Shown here piece by piece: positions 7,892-16,290 of a stretch of 64,000 nucleotides of DNA. Source of the stretch: a virus. Every line of letters starts with the position of its first letter. The first letter of the stretch is position 1. A model generated the notes under the pieces. The model ran no database searches. It was not told the origin of the DNA and was given only the letters and a program-made list of their open reading frames with translations. The stretch lies in the IMG/VR virus record IMGVR_UViG_3300009104_000002, positions 32,001 through 96,000 of that record; one strand, written 5' to 3'. The position numbers and the translations under genes were made by a program.

Positions 7892-8236
7892 TTATCTGTG
7901 CCAATCGCAGATAACGGTCGTCGATTTGTAAGCTCCCCACGGGTTCTCGTGCCAATCGCCAATGTCGGCCTCATTGTCGTTTGGGTACTCCGAGCACGCG
8001 CATAAAATAAGATAGTCCTCGCAGTCAACAAGTTTGAATAAATCCTGATATAAATCTCTCAATTCATTGTTGCAATCGTGATACCACTTGACGCTCTCCG
8101 TGTAAAAGAGCATCCCCTCCTCATCCCTCTCGTGATAGTCTCCCATCCATAGTTTGATTGTTTCTTTACTTTCGTCAGAAAGAGACTTGTAAGCCTCATT
8201 TTTGATACAAAATATAACGTCTGACCTGATTCCCAT
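7892..8236 (-). CDS. Hypothetical protein
   Basis: 114-aa ORF below promoter copy 7. Confidence 0.7.
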   Translation of the reverse strand: MGIRSDVIFCIKNEAYKSLSDESKETIKLWMGDYHERDEEGMLFYTESVKWYHDCNNELRDLYQDLFKLVDCEDYLILCACSEYPNDNEADIGDWHENPWGAYKSTTVICDWHR

Positions 8237-8263
8237 GTGTGATAGTCCTATGTTTAAGTTATG

Positions 8264-8324
8264 TATATATTATACACGTTGCGAAATGGTTTGTCTACTA
8301 AAAAGTTGTCAAGAGAATGTCAAG
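8264..8324 (-). promoter_or_regulatory. 61-bp cassette repeat copy 7
   Basis: CTTGACATTCTCTTGACAACTTTTTAG-TAGACA-17bp-TATAAT. Confidence 0.9.
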
Positions 8325-8565
8325 ACTCGCGAGTCGTTGTCACGGTTTTAGTGTGTCTCTCTAAAATGTGACCTTCTACCGGGACACCCGAAGTTTCGTT
8401 GTGGTTGCCTGTGAGCCACACGAAATTGCCATTCCTGGGTTTCAAGTGCGTTTTTAGAACATCGCCCTTGAGTCGGCCAGTATATATATTGTCGATTCCT
8501 CCGTTTATATCAGAGGTTAGCGTAAGGGTCCAATAGTCGGTTGTGTGAGTGCTGGTGGTTTTCAT
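8320..8565 (-). CDS. Hypothetical protein
   Basis: Start MKTTST after GGGAG; stop inside repeat copy 7. Confidence 0.65.
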   Translation of the reverse strand: MKTTSTHTTDYWTLTLTSDINGGIDNIYTGRLKGDVLKTHLKPRNGNFVWLTGNHNETSGVPVEGHILERHTKTVTTTRES

Positions 8566-8584
8566 GGGTTTCTCCCTTTGTGTA

Positions 8585-8645
8585 CCTATATTATACACGC
8601 TGGCGCGCTGCTTGTCTACTAAAAAGTTGTAAAGAAAATGTCAAG
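8585..8645 (-). promoter_or_regulatory. 61-bp cassette repeat copy 8
   Basis: CTTGACATTTTCTTTACAACTTTTTAG-TAGACA-17bp-TATAAT. Confidence 0.9.
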
Positions 8646-8880
8646 AGATTATTTTCCAATAAAAATTGTTCGGCGTATCTTCTTCGGAGTCGATAGTTGA
8701 AACAAGTATATCGCTGACTCCACCCACACAGTGAGCGACGTCGGCATAGTAAGTAAACAAAACATAAGTTTCCAACCACTCATCATCCACAGATAAAATT
8801 AAGTGACGGTCTAACTCTTCTTCTTCCTCTGGTGGGAACCTGCAACAATGCGAGATTATTTGTCCTACTTCAAGTTTCAT
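8641..8880 (-). CDS. Small SH3-like hypothetical protein
   Basis: MKLEVGQII start; stop inside repeat copy 8. Confidence 0.65.
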   Translation of the reverse strand: MKLEVGQIISHCCRFPPEEEEELDRHLILSVDDEWLETYVLFTYYADVAHCVGGVSDILVSTIDSEEDTPNNFYWKIIS

Positions 8881-9157
8881 TGTTTTTCTCGATAATATAC
8901 ATATCAACTGGCAATTCGTCTAGCGGAATCCATCGAGCAAAGCCGGGTTCGGGTAGGCGGTGAGCATAAATGGCGACACAAAAGGCGTTTTGGCCAACGA
9001 TTTTCAGCACTAGATACTTTCTCGCAACCCTATCCTCCGGGTAATAGCCATTCGCCCTATACAATGAGCCGATAATGTCTCCGACTCTGACCTCGTAGGG
9101 GTTGAATGTTATAAAATTCTCTGGCAATTTCAGTGGTTCAGTTTCAACGTACAGCAT
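8870..9157 (-). CDS. Hypothetical protein
   Basis: Start MLYVETE after an AAGGAG RBS; VRVGDII motif. Confidence 0.65.
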   Translation of the reverse strand: MLYVETEPLKLPENFITFNPYEVRVGDIIGSLYRANGYYPEDRVARKYLVLKIVGQNAFCVAIYAHRLPEPGFARWIPLDELPVDMYIIEKNNET

Positions 9158-9396
9158 TATATTCTCCTTAGATCGATGGTTCTTTTTAAGTAAGTGTCGC
9201 CCGCTACATAATCTGAATCGCCGGAAGCATAGCAAGCGCAGCGGATGTAAAGGTCGCCGCGTGGTGGGTGGTTGGACATAATCGGGTCATCGATAACGAA
9301 GAAGCGAGGGCTACATTCCTCGTCTACTTCACCACAGCAGGAACACCATTGGTCAATGATTACGTTATCACCTTTCTGAATTATCCGATTAAACAA
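9157..9396 (-). CDS. Hypothetical protein
   Basis: TTG start after GGAG; IQKGDNVII motif. Confidence 0.6.
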   Translation of the reverse strand: MFNRIIQKGDNVIIDQWCSCCGEVDEECSPRFFVIDDPIMSNHPPRGDLYIRCACYASGDSDYVAGDTYLKRTIDLRRI

Positions 9397-9418
9397 TGTG
9401 GGTTCTCCGCTTTCTGTA

Positions 9419-9479
9419 CCTACATTATACACGCTGGCGCGGTGCTCGTCAAGAACTAAATTGTCAAGAGAATGTCAAG
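9419..9479 (-). promoter_or_regulatory. 61-bp cassette repeat copy 9
   Basis: CTTGACATTCTCTTGACAATTTAGTTC-TTGACG-17bp-TATAAT. Confidence 0.9.
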
Positions 9480-9639
9480 AACTTTTTGTTAAGATTTCAG
9501 GGTGTTTATTGACAAATGCTATAAAATCTTCAAGAGCATCCTCGATTTCCTTCCTGTAGAAAGCAGTGACGGGGCGGTCGGCCCTCCTTCGCTCTTCCCG
9601 TAGAAGCTGGAGAATCAGTTGTTGTGTTTCATATCGCAT
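9475..9639 (-). CDS. Small helical hypothetical protein (54 aa, not in the ORF track)
   Basis: MRYETQQLILQLLREERRRADRP...; TGA stop inside repeat copy 9. Confidence 0.55.
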   Translation of the reverse strand: MRYETQQLILQLLREERRRADRPVTAFYRKEIEDALEDFIAFVNKHPEILTKSS

Positions 9640-10012
9640 AGGTTACACCGTATGCCGTGAAGTAGTCAATGCAATATTCGTCAGTTATGTGGCCACGAAT
9701 GGCTGACTTGGTTCGTGTCTCGGGCTGCTTCCACGTTGCTGCACGGAAAATTGCGCCATCCTTTCGACGGATGAAGCCGTATACGGAAGCCGAGTTTCCA
9801 CCGAAATCATTTTGATTTTCGAGGATCAATTTATAATACACACGACCTTTTTGGACCGTCAGGACGGGCGGGTTGGATTCCGAAAGGAATGTTTTACCCA
9901 TGACAATCTGTGGGCTGGCGTGTTGACTATAATTTATATTGACCTTCGCCTGGATCTGCGGCAACAACTCATTGAGGGTGTGCTCGATTTCTAACTCTGA
10001 ATACTCTGACAT
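9629..10012 (-). CDS. Hypothetical phage protein
   Basis: KGRVYYKL...SVYGFI...G.IFRAATWKQP pattern recalled from widespread phage hypotheticals. Confidence 0.7.
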   Translation of the reverse strand: MSEYSELEIEHTLNELLPQIQAKVNINYSQHASPQIVMGKTFLSESNPPVLTVQKGRVYYKLILENQNDFGGNSASVYGFIRRKDGAIFRAATWKQPETRTKSAIRGHITDEYCIDYFTAYGVTYAI

Positions 10013-10043
10013 AAAAACTCCAAAAGATAAATTCTATGTTAAT

Positions 10044-10072
10044 AATATAACACAAATGAAGCAGTTTGTCCA
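10044..10072 (-). promoter_or_regulatory. sigma70-type promoter (class B)
   Basis: TGGACA-17bp-TATATT with TGn extension. Confidence 0.6.
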
Positions 10073-10089
10073 GTCTTTTTTTAAAAAAA

Positions 10090-10362
10090 TTATACTTTTT
10101 CCAAAAATAAGGGTATATCCTCTGGGTTCTTATAAAGCTCTATAGCTCGACGGTGCCAGAAGGAATATATTTTTATTGATATAACGGGAGTATAGAGTTT
10201 TAAGTTATCATAGGGATCCTCTATCACCTCCTGAGAAAAAATATATTCTCCGCCCTCTATCAATTTTTCTGATTCTATGACAATGCCATAACAATAGTCA
10301 ACTTTTTCACTAGCTGATTTCCACCTCACAATATCCCCAACATTGTAAGTTTGCGACTTCAC
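10090..10362 (-). CDS. SH3/KOW-like hypothetical protein
   Basis: YNVGDIVRW...YGIVIE. Confidence 0.65.
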   Translation of the reverse strand: MKSQTYNVGDIVRWKSASEKVDYCYGIVIESEKLIEGGEYIFSQEVIEDPYDNLKLYTPVISIKIYSFWHRRAIELYKNPEDIPLFLEKV

Positions 10363-10368
10363 AGCACC

Positions 10369-11286
10369 CTAATCCCCCATATGCTCCCGGATCGACATCA
10401 TATTATCATACGACTCACGTTTAAGGTCAGACAATTTCTCAAGCTCTCCGCCGTTTCTCAACGCCTTGAAAACTAGATTCTCAACTGAAAATTCACCGCC
10501 AGTTTCTAAACCTGATTGTCTATAATTTCCAATTTTTGTCCTCAACCTATCCGAATCTCCATAGACTTCTTCATACTTTTTGTCTTTTTGCAACTTCTCA
10601 ATCATCTCTATTGTTCGCTGGATTGATTTATATTTTTGTTCAACGGCATCTTCGCTCACCTCGAACTCAGCTGGCTCGGGAATAATTAGCCAGTTGTTAT
10701 TCATAATAGAATATACCCCAGTTGAGTGGTGAGGCTCGTTAATGTTCTGGACATAGATTTCCACCTCGTGTCCTTCAATCATTATCTCATGATTGCGGTT
10801 CCAATTTGTTTTTGCTTCGGATAAATACTTTTCCACAAGCTCCACACTTTCATCGACCGCAGAATAATCTATCACAATATGTAAATCTAAATCTGATTTG
10901 TCGGTCCAATTATAGTTTGCCATAGATCCCGTCAAAGTAATATTTAAGATTTTCGCCGGTAATTCTAATTTTTTATAAAAATCTTTGGCGATTCTAGAAA
11001 GTTTAACAGCAATCTTTGGTTTAATTTTATTATCTTTATCCCAGATATCTCTGTTTAAATCCTCTTTAATATCGGGGACAAGACCGACTTCTTCTTCCAT
11101 CGGCCCAAGACCTGACTTGCCCCTCGGTGGACGTGGGCGTATATATGGAGCAGTGTTTTTATTGCCACCCTTATCAAGCTGGGCTAATGCTTGATCGCCC
11201 TGCTTTTTATACGCACTCTGGACTTGTTGCGTAGTTTTCATTTCTTTTAAAATACTCCGGTATTCTTCCCATTCTTCTAACATCAT
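10369..11286 (-). CDS. Pol-beta superfamily nucleotidyltransferase
   Basis: LTGSMANYNWTDKSDLDLHIVID (GS..DxD) plus a downstream VEIY acidic strand. Confidence 0.8.
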   Translation of the reverse strand: MMLEEWEEYRSILKEMKTTQQVQSAYKKQGDQALAQLDKGGNKNTAPYIRPRPPRGKSGLGPMEEEVGLVPDIKEDLNRDIWDKDNKIKPKIAVKLSRIAKDFYKKLELPAKILNITLTGSMANYNWTDKSDLDLHIVIDYSAVDESVELVEKYLSEAKTNWNRNHEIMIEGHEVEIYVQNINEPHHSTGVYSIMNNNWLIIPEPAEFEVSEDAVEQKYKSIQRTIEMIEKLQKDKKYEEVYGDSDRLRTKIGNYRQSGLETGGEFSVENLVFKALRNGGELEKLSDLKRESYDNMMSIREHMGD

Positions 11287-11609
11287 TTTCCATCTCCATA
11301 GTGTTCTTGCTCTCCATCCTGGTAGGTGATGATCGTCTTGTTTGCCGGGTGCGGCTCAATGTGAACCTTTATAAAATCCGACATAGAATCAAAAATAGCT
11401 ATGCCTCCTCGTGGGGTTGGGTACAACCAATGCACAATACATTGGCCGGTGCCCAAAACAACCCCCTCGATAATTACTCCCTCACCAGAGACACCAGTTT
11501 CGTCGTGCTGGCGGCATACGGTAAAAGTCCTTATACCTCTGGGCGCCAATTTCGCTGGTGGCTTTGGCTTTAAATCGTTAGCCTCGCTATCCTGTGGTTG
11601 TTCTTCCAT
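11283..11609 (-). CDS. Hypothetical phage protein
   Basis: 108-aa ORF, DETGVSGEGV.IEGV motif. Confidence 0.7.
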   Translation of the reverse strand: MEEQPQDSEANDLKPKPPAKLAPRGIRTFTVCRQHDETGVSGEGVIIEGVVLGTGQCIVHWLYPTPRGGIAIFDSMSDFIKVHIEPHPANKTIITYQDGEQEHYGDGK

Positions 11610-11624
11610 TGATTTTCCTTTATG

Positions 11625-11912
11625 CTATGCTTCGCCGACTGCCTTAAAGTCTTTCAACATTTCGTCAGTCAGGGCATCTTTCAAGTCATCCAGTAGCTCC
11701 CGAACATTTTCTCCCTTTATTTTTGAAGAGCCGTTCATTTCATCAATCATTTCCCAAACAGAAGAATTTTCATCTTTCAGTGCGAGAACCTCTTCTTCCA
11801 GCAGTTTAACGGCGCGCAGCAAATCTTCATTTTTATTTTTTAATTCTGTGACAGCGCTCGATGGAACATAATAAAAAATTCCAAAAACAAAATTTAACAC
11901 TTTTCTTAACAT
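11625..11912 (-). CDS. Coiled-coil hypothetical protein
   Basis: 95 aa, heptad pattern, GAGG RBS. Confidence 0.7.
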   Translation of the reverse strand: MLRKVLNFVFGIFYYVPSSAVTELKNKNEDLLRAVKLLEEEVLALKDENSSVWEMIDEMNGSSKIKGENVRELLDDLKDALTDEMLKDFKAVGEA

Positions 11913-11925
11913 TTTTCACCTCAAC

Positions 11926-11935
11926 TATAATTAGT
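11926..11935 (-). promoter_or_regulatory. Putative late promoter motif ACTAATTATA
   Basis: Matches the motif found upstream of the tail sheath gene (63599-63608). Confidence 0.55.
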
Positions 11936-11944
11936 TTCTTTTAT

Positions 11945-11973
11945 ATTATAACTTAATAAAACTAATATGTCAA
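11945..11973 (-). promoter_or_regulatory. sigma70-type promoter
   Basis: TTGACA-17bp-TATAAT. Confidence 0.7.
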
Positions 11974-12932
11974 GGGGTTATTCTATAATATTTTATAGAA
12001 TATGCCATCTCAACTAAGGCACCTTCAAGTGGAATAACATTAAAATATATTATATTTGTTGTCGAATCATAGCTCCACAAACTTTTTTCCATCGGCAGAC
12101 CGTCCTCAAATACAACTATCGTATCCTCATAAGGTATATGTTGTAACTCATATTCCTCATAGGGTTTAATATTTTGGGTTGCCTCGTCCACGCCGGATGA
12201 CCAATCTTCTTCACAAATATCAATTATGTTTCCTGCGAAAAAGTTTACTGCATCCATATATTTTACCCCCACCATCGTAGAGTTTGGAATGTAAGAACAA
12301 ATAGAGTCCGAGGGATAAACATGTCCGATAAATGCCAGATATACAGACGGGCGTTGTAGGCCGTACCAATTTATAAATTCTGTACTTGTCAAGGTGCTTT
12401 GCTCTTTTTCATCTGTGACAAAAACAACCAAGAGTGCTGCTGTCGGACGCATCCAGGTTTTAGCATAGGTATCAAACATCATATAATTTTGCACAGCCGA
12501 GAAGCCAGCCTCCGAACCGTCATATGGGAGTTGATTATACATATCGATTGCGTCGGAAACAGTATCCCCTCGCGTGAGAGGGAAAGTAGTTGATTGAGCT
12601 ATTCTACTACCATCACCAGCGGTTATCATCTTCAACCTCCAATTAACATCTGGGGGCAAATTATTTATCATATGATCAATACCATCCATCAAAGCTGGTT
12701 CATGAGCGACCATAGAACACGATCCATCGATCACCCACAAAATATCTATATCTTCATATGCACCTACCTGAATAAAAGAATCAACCCACACATCAACGTC
12801 TGGCTCAACTGTTACATAGATTGTTTCCTTCTCTGGGGGTGTTCCATCTGTGTGAATTACATAATCAAAATTATTATCGCAAGCCGCGAGGAAACAAAAG
12901 AATAAAATTATATATTTTTTAAAATCCATCAT
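11970..12932 (-). CDS. VWA-domain lipoprotein
   Basis: Signal peptide FFCFLAAC (lipobox), MIDAS DILWVIDGSCSM, VFVTDE. Confidence 0.75.
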   Translation of the reverse strand: MMDFKKYIILFFCFLAACDNNFDYVIHTDGTPPEKETIYVTVEPDVDVWVDSFIQVGAYEDIDILWVIDGSCSMVAHEPALMDGIDHMINNLPPDVNWRLKMITAGDGSRIAQSTTFPLTRGDTVSDAIDMYNQLPYDGSEAGFSAVQNYMMFDTYAKTWMRPTAALLVVFVTDEKEQSTLTSTEFINWYGLQRPSVYLAFIGHVYPSDSICSYIPNSTMVGVKYMDAVNFFAGNIIDICEEDWSSGVDEATQNIKPYEEYELQHIPYEDTIVVFEDGLPMEKSLWSYDSTTNIIYFNVIPLEGALVEMAYSIKYYRITP

Positions 12933-13740
12933 TTTTTCTTTTCTCCAGAGTTCGTATGTTTTGCCGAACATACTGCATATCAATTAAATTCGCAGGCGCA
13001 ACGTATACAATCGAACCAACAAGGGTGGGTCCAAAGAAGCCCCTACCAACCATAATTGAACTAACAACTCCAACAAACCTCCCCCTCGTATCAAATACTC
13101 CAGATCCAGACGAGCCGCCCCAAGCGAGCGAGTGCATAGCCAGATCAGTGCCATATCCGTCTCCGGCGATTTCGCCCTCAAAAGTTAAAAGAGAGTTTCT
13201 ACCCGGAAAACCAGAGTAAACTACCGTTTCGCCGACTGAATATTCTGGATCCCTGACAAACTTGGCCGGGGTTCTACTCCCCAATTCCGGAGTTACCAAT
13301 ATGGCTATATCCACATATGGATCCCAGTAGACCAATTTTCCAACTACTTTTTCAAGAGGAGAGGTTATCAGCGCCTCACTCGTTAAAACAGTCGGTGGCC
13401 CTTCGGCCCATAAGTGGGCCGCAGTCACAACTATGTGGTGCCCCCTATATTTAAAATAAGTGCCCGTCCCCCGATATCTACCGCCGGGAGCCTGAACATG
13501 TATTTTTACAGCAGATTCGCGGGAAACACGCTGGGAGTGTCCCTCAATACTGTCCTTTACTCCATACTCCATAAAGCAACATTCTTGATTGTCCCTCACT
13601 TCTTGGAGGGAGGGCGGGAGTGAATCGCCTCCAGCTGTCCAAAGAAATCCCTCTTGCGAGGAGCAACTTAAATTTGTTAAAATTACTCCAAAAAATAATA
13701 CTACAATTAAACCGTTAATCACCTTCCTTATTTTATTCAT
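12919..13740 (-). CDS. Trypsin-like serine protease, probably a lipoprotein
   Basis: TAAH, DIA and GGSSGSGV catalytic motifs; N-terminal TM ending NLSC. Confidence 0.8.
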   Translation of the reverse strand: MNKIRKVINGLIVVLFFGVILTNLSCSSQEGFLWTAGGDSLPPSLQEVRDNQECCFMEYGVKDSIEGHSQRVSRESAVKIHVQAPGGRYRGTGTYFKYRGHHIVVTAAHLWAEGPPTVLTSEALITSPLEKVVGKLVYWDPYVDIAILVTPELGSRTPAKFVRDPEYSVGETVVYSGFPGRNSLLTFEGEIAGDGYGTDLAMHSLAWGGSSGSGVFDTRGRFVGVVSSIMVGRGFFGPTLVGSIVYVAPANLIDMQYVRQNIRTLEKRKNDGF

Positions 13741-13805
13741 TGATTTAGTTCCTCATGAGGCCGTGCCTCTATAAGTAAGTATCAGTGAAAATATTAAAAG
13801 GGGAA

Positions 13806-13961
13806 CTATTTTTTCGAAGGATTATCTTGCTTTTTACCGTATTCTGGTAGTTCTTCTATTTCCTCTTCTGTTAAAATCTCTTCCCTAGCCTTGGGAGTGG
13901 CAGTTTCCGTCTTCTTTGGACAACTACAAAGAAATAGTAAAAGGAACATTATCCTATTCAT
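13806..13961 (-). CDS. Small lipoprotein (51 aa, not in the ORF track)
   Basis: MNRIMFLLLFLCSC then an acidic tail; ATGA overlap with the Nudix gene. Confidence 0.5.
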   Translation of the reverse strand: MNRIMFLLLFLCSCPKKTETATPKAREEILTEEEIEELPEYGKKQDNPSKK

Positions 13962-14374
13962 CCGATCGCCTTCCGAATAGCATCAAGATAAATTTCTCCA
14001 ATATTATTTAATTTTTTTATTTCTTCAAAGTTTGACCACCGATAGTCATCGTGCTCTGGCAGTTCATCTTTTTCGAAAAGTTCTCCCTCCCAATGGGTCG
14101 TTTTAAAATATCTTTTCTTGCCATCATCATATAAAAATTCTAGAGATAAAATATTCAAATTCGTTTCCTCTTTTGTTTCCCTCGCTGCACCATCCTCCCA
14201 CTCCTCTCCTTCCACCAAATGCCCACCCGGTAAGTCCCACTTTTTAGGGTATCTTTGATCTTCCTTTCTCAGCAGTAGCAAAACTTCCCCGCGCTTATTC
14301 ATAACAATAACCTTAACTATTTTATTTGTATCTCTTAATTTACGAAATGATGAAATTTTTATATTTATGGACAC
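13958..14374 (-). CDS. Nudix hydrolase
   Basis: Nudix box GGHLVEGEEWEDGAARETKEETNL. Confidence 0.9.
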   Translation of the reverse strand: MSINIKISSFRKLRDTNKIVKVIVMNKRGEVLLLLRKEDQRYPKKWDLPGGHLVEGEEWEDGAARETKEETNLNILSLEFLYDDGKKRYFKTTHWEGELFEKDELPEHDDYRWSNFEEIKKLNNIGEIYLDAIRKAIG

Positions 14375-14739
14375 TACTGAACTCGTGATGGATGTCGAAC
14401 GACTCGAATCACTTTACAGCCTGGGATCTCCGAACCCCGGATAATCGGGAGGAGATGATCTTTAACAAAGGTTTTGGGTGTGACCGAATCAGAATGAGGA
14501 TGAAATTTGATCTTCACGCGACTAGAATAGGATGTTGATACTTCCCGATATGATGAATCAAGGGCAGTCACAACAGTAACCCCCCCGATGGAACGTATGT
14601 CTTGCAGAGTCTCCTCCACTCCATATTCCGCCTGTATTTTTAAAAGCAATTCTACCTGGAAAGTTCTTAATTTATATTTTTCTTCGTGGAGCTTTTCTAA
14701 TTTCTCTTCGATGATTTGATCTAATTCTGTGAAGGGCAT
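14374..14739 (-). CDS. Hypothetical (putative late) protein
   Basis: GAGG RBS and late-type motif at 14752-14761. Confidence 0.7.
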   Translation of the reverse strand: MPFTELDQIIEEKLEKLHEEKYKLRTFQVELLLKIQAEYGVEETLQDIRSIGGVTVVTALDSSYREVSTSYSSRVKIKFHPHSDSVTPKTFVKDHLLPIIRGSEIPGCKVIRVVRHPSRVQ

Positions 14740-14751
14740 TTTATTCCTCAC

Positions 14752-14761
14752 AATAAATAGT
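14752..14761 (-). promoter_or_regulatory. Putative late promoter motif ACTATTTATT
   Basis: Identical to the motifs at 58991 and 63599. Confidence 0.6.
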
Positions 14762-14766
14762 TTATT

Positions 14767-15114
14767 TTATTTCCAAAATACCTGAATTGCTATGATAATA
14801 AAAGATAAAAGCACACACACTAAAGTCTTTGGTTCGAAGATACTTTCATTAAAATACCAGTAAGTCAAAAATGGAAATACCAAATAGGAAAGCCCAAAGC
14901 CAAGTAGCCTCGGACCCCACGCCTCGCCCATCTCTTCGACTGCGTATTTCATCCCAAATATAAACAAGTAGCTAGTCGGGAGAGCAAAGATCAGGGGAAT
15001 ATAAATAATATTTTCCTCGCACCACTCCCAAATAAATTGAGAATAGGTGGCATACCACGCGACGACGTGGCCACATAAAATAAGTGTACATGCAAAATAT
15101 AGTTTGAGAGTCAC
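14767..15114 (-). CDS. Small multi-pass membrane protein
   Basis: About four hydrophobic helices. Confidence 0.7.
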   Translation of the reverse strand: MTLKLYFACTLILCGHVVAWYATYSQFIWEWCEENIIYIPLIFALPTSYLFIFGMKYAVEEMGEAWGPRLLGFGLSYLVFPFLTYWYFNESIFEPKTLVCVLLSFIIIAIQVFWK

Positions 15115-15452
15115 TACTCCCTCCGGTAGTCATCTTCGAGTCGGACAACATCATCCAGATGATTGGTACTCACCTCAATAACCTCCACATTGCTTTCCAT
15201 CGCTGCGAACCTATGTATTTGCCCCGGCTTGACATGAAAGGATTGTCCCGGTGTGAGGCGAATTACGTTTTCATCTTTATCATAATTATATAAAGTTCCC
15301 TTGAGAACATAAATCGTTTCTTCTTTCTGATTATGATATTGTCGCGACAATCTATTTCCCGAAGTTATATGTAGCAACTTGCCAACATAATCATCCGTTT
15401 GTGCCCAGATTATCTCGTATCCCCACGGCTTATCAATTTTAATCTGCTTCAT
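15114..15452 (-). CDS. Cupin (mannose-6-phosphate isomerase type II C-terminal-like)
   Basis: KPWG...LSRQYH..KEET...G.IHR motifs. Confidence 0.8.
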   Translation of the reverse strand: MKQIKIDKPWGYEIIWAQTDDYVGKLLHITSGNRLSRQYHNQKEETIYVLKGTLYNYDKDENVIRLTPGQSFHVKPGQIHRFAAMESNVEVIEVSTNHLDDVVRLEDDYRRE

Positions 15453-15852
15453 TTAAAACCCACTTTATATATTTTAAAAGGCTATCGCAATAATTTTCTT
15501 CCCACATATTTTTCTTTATTTCTATTCCGAGCTTCTCTGATAAATTACGCCCCTCATACCAAGCCATTATCTCTTCTCGCATAACTTCCATTCTTCCGTC
15601 TATAGTCTGCGCATCAACATACTCTGGAATTTTATTATTCTTGCTGCGAAATATAATGTGGCCGGCCTCATGCAACAAAATGATTAACTGTGTTAAAGGA
15701 GGGTGGGAGCTATTTATGGAAACAACCCCCGCATCATCTGGATTTTCCGGGTCAAACCAAAATTCATCCATCCCACCCCCATCAAAATCCACATATACAT
15801 CGTACTCGTCGATGAGAAAAGCCTCGACGTAACTAATTTGTTCTTGTATCAC
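15439..15852 (-). CDS. HExxH zincin-like small protein
   Basis: LLHEAGH plus a downstream EE..AW. Confidence 0.65.
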   Translation of the reverse strand: MIQEQISYVEAFLIDEYDVYVDFDGGGMDEFWFDPENPDDAGVVSINSSHPPLTQLIILLHEAGHIIFRSKNNKIPEYVDAQTIDGRMEVMREEIMAWYEGRNLSEKLGIEIKKNMWEENYCDSLLKYIKWVLNEAD

Positions 15853-16289
15853 TTTTTAGAACGCCCCCGAGGACGGCCCCTCTTGGAATAACTTTTATTT
15901 AAGCTATGCTTATTGCTTCCCCTACCCCAGAAATATTTACTATTTTTTTCATCTATAAATAATGAAACACTTATTTTGTTTTCCATCACAATAAAGTATC
16001 TAACTTCCAAGTTGCCATACTTCGGCTTCCTTGATCTCTTTGTTGGAGGCTTATTTAGGTGAGTTAGACACCCATCGACTATCTCTTTGGCCGCTAATCC
16101 TTCTTTTAAATAATCTTGTAAGGGTTTCTCTGGAGTAATATAGGCAGCGATTGCCCACTTTTTTGTCCCGAAACCCGGCGTGTTGAAAGCTCCCCCGACA
16201 TACCTGCCCAGCTTTTTTTTATCGTCTGGACCCGGCAAGATGGCTGGTTCCAAGTTTCCAACTTCATTAAATTTACAAACAATCTCCAT
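15849..16289 (-). CDS. Hypothetical protein
   Basis: 146-aa ORF in an overlapping chain. Confidence 0.65.
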   Translation of the reverse strand: MEIVCKFNEVGNLEPAILPGPDDKKKLGRYVGGAFNTPGFGTKKWAIAAYITPEKPLQDYLKEGLAAKEIVDGCLTHLNKPPTKRSRKPKYGNLEVRYFIVMENKISVSLFIDEKNSKYFWGRGSNKHSLNKSYSKRGRPRGRSKK

Positions 16290-16290
16290 A

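Noticed and set aside
1496-9479. CRISPR array or integron attC cassettes
   Set aside because: The spacers are 0.3-1.7-kb coding regions. The repeats are non-palindromic direct repeats containing promoters, and there is no cas or integrase gene in the window.
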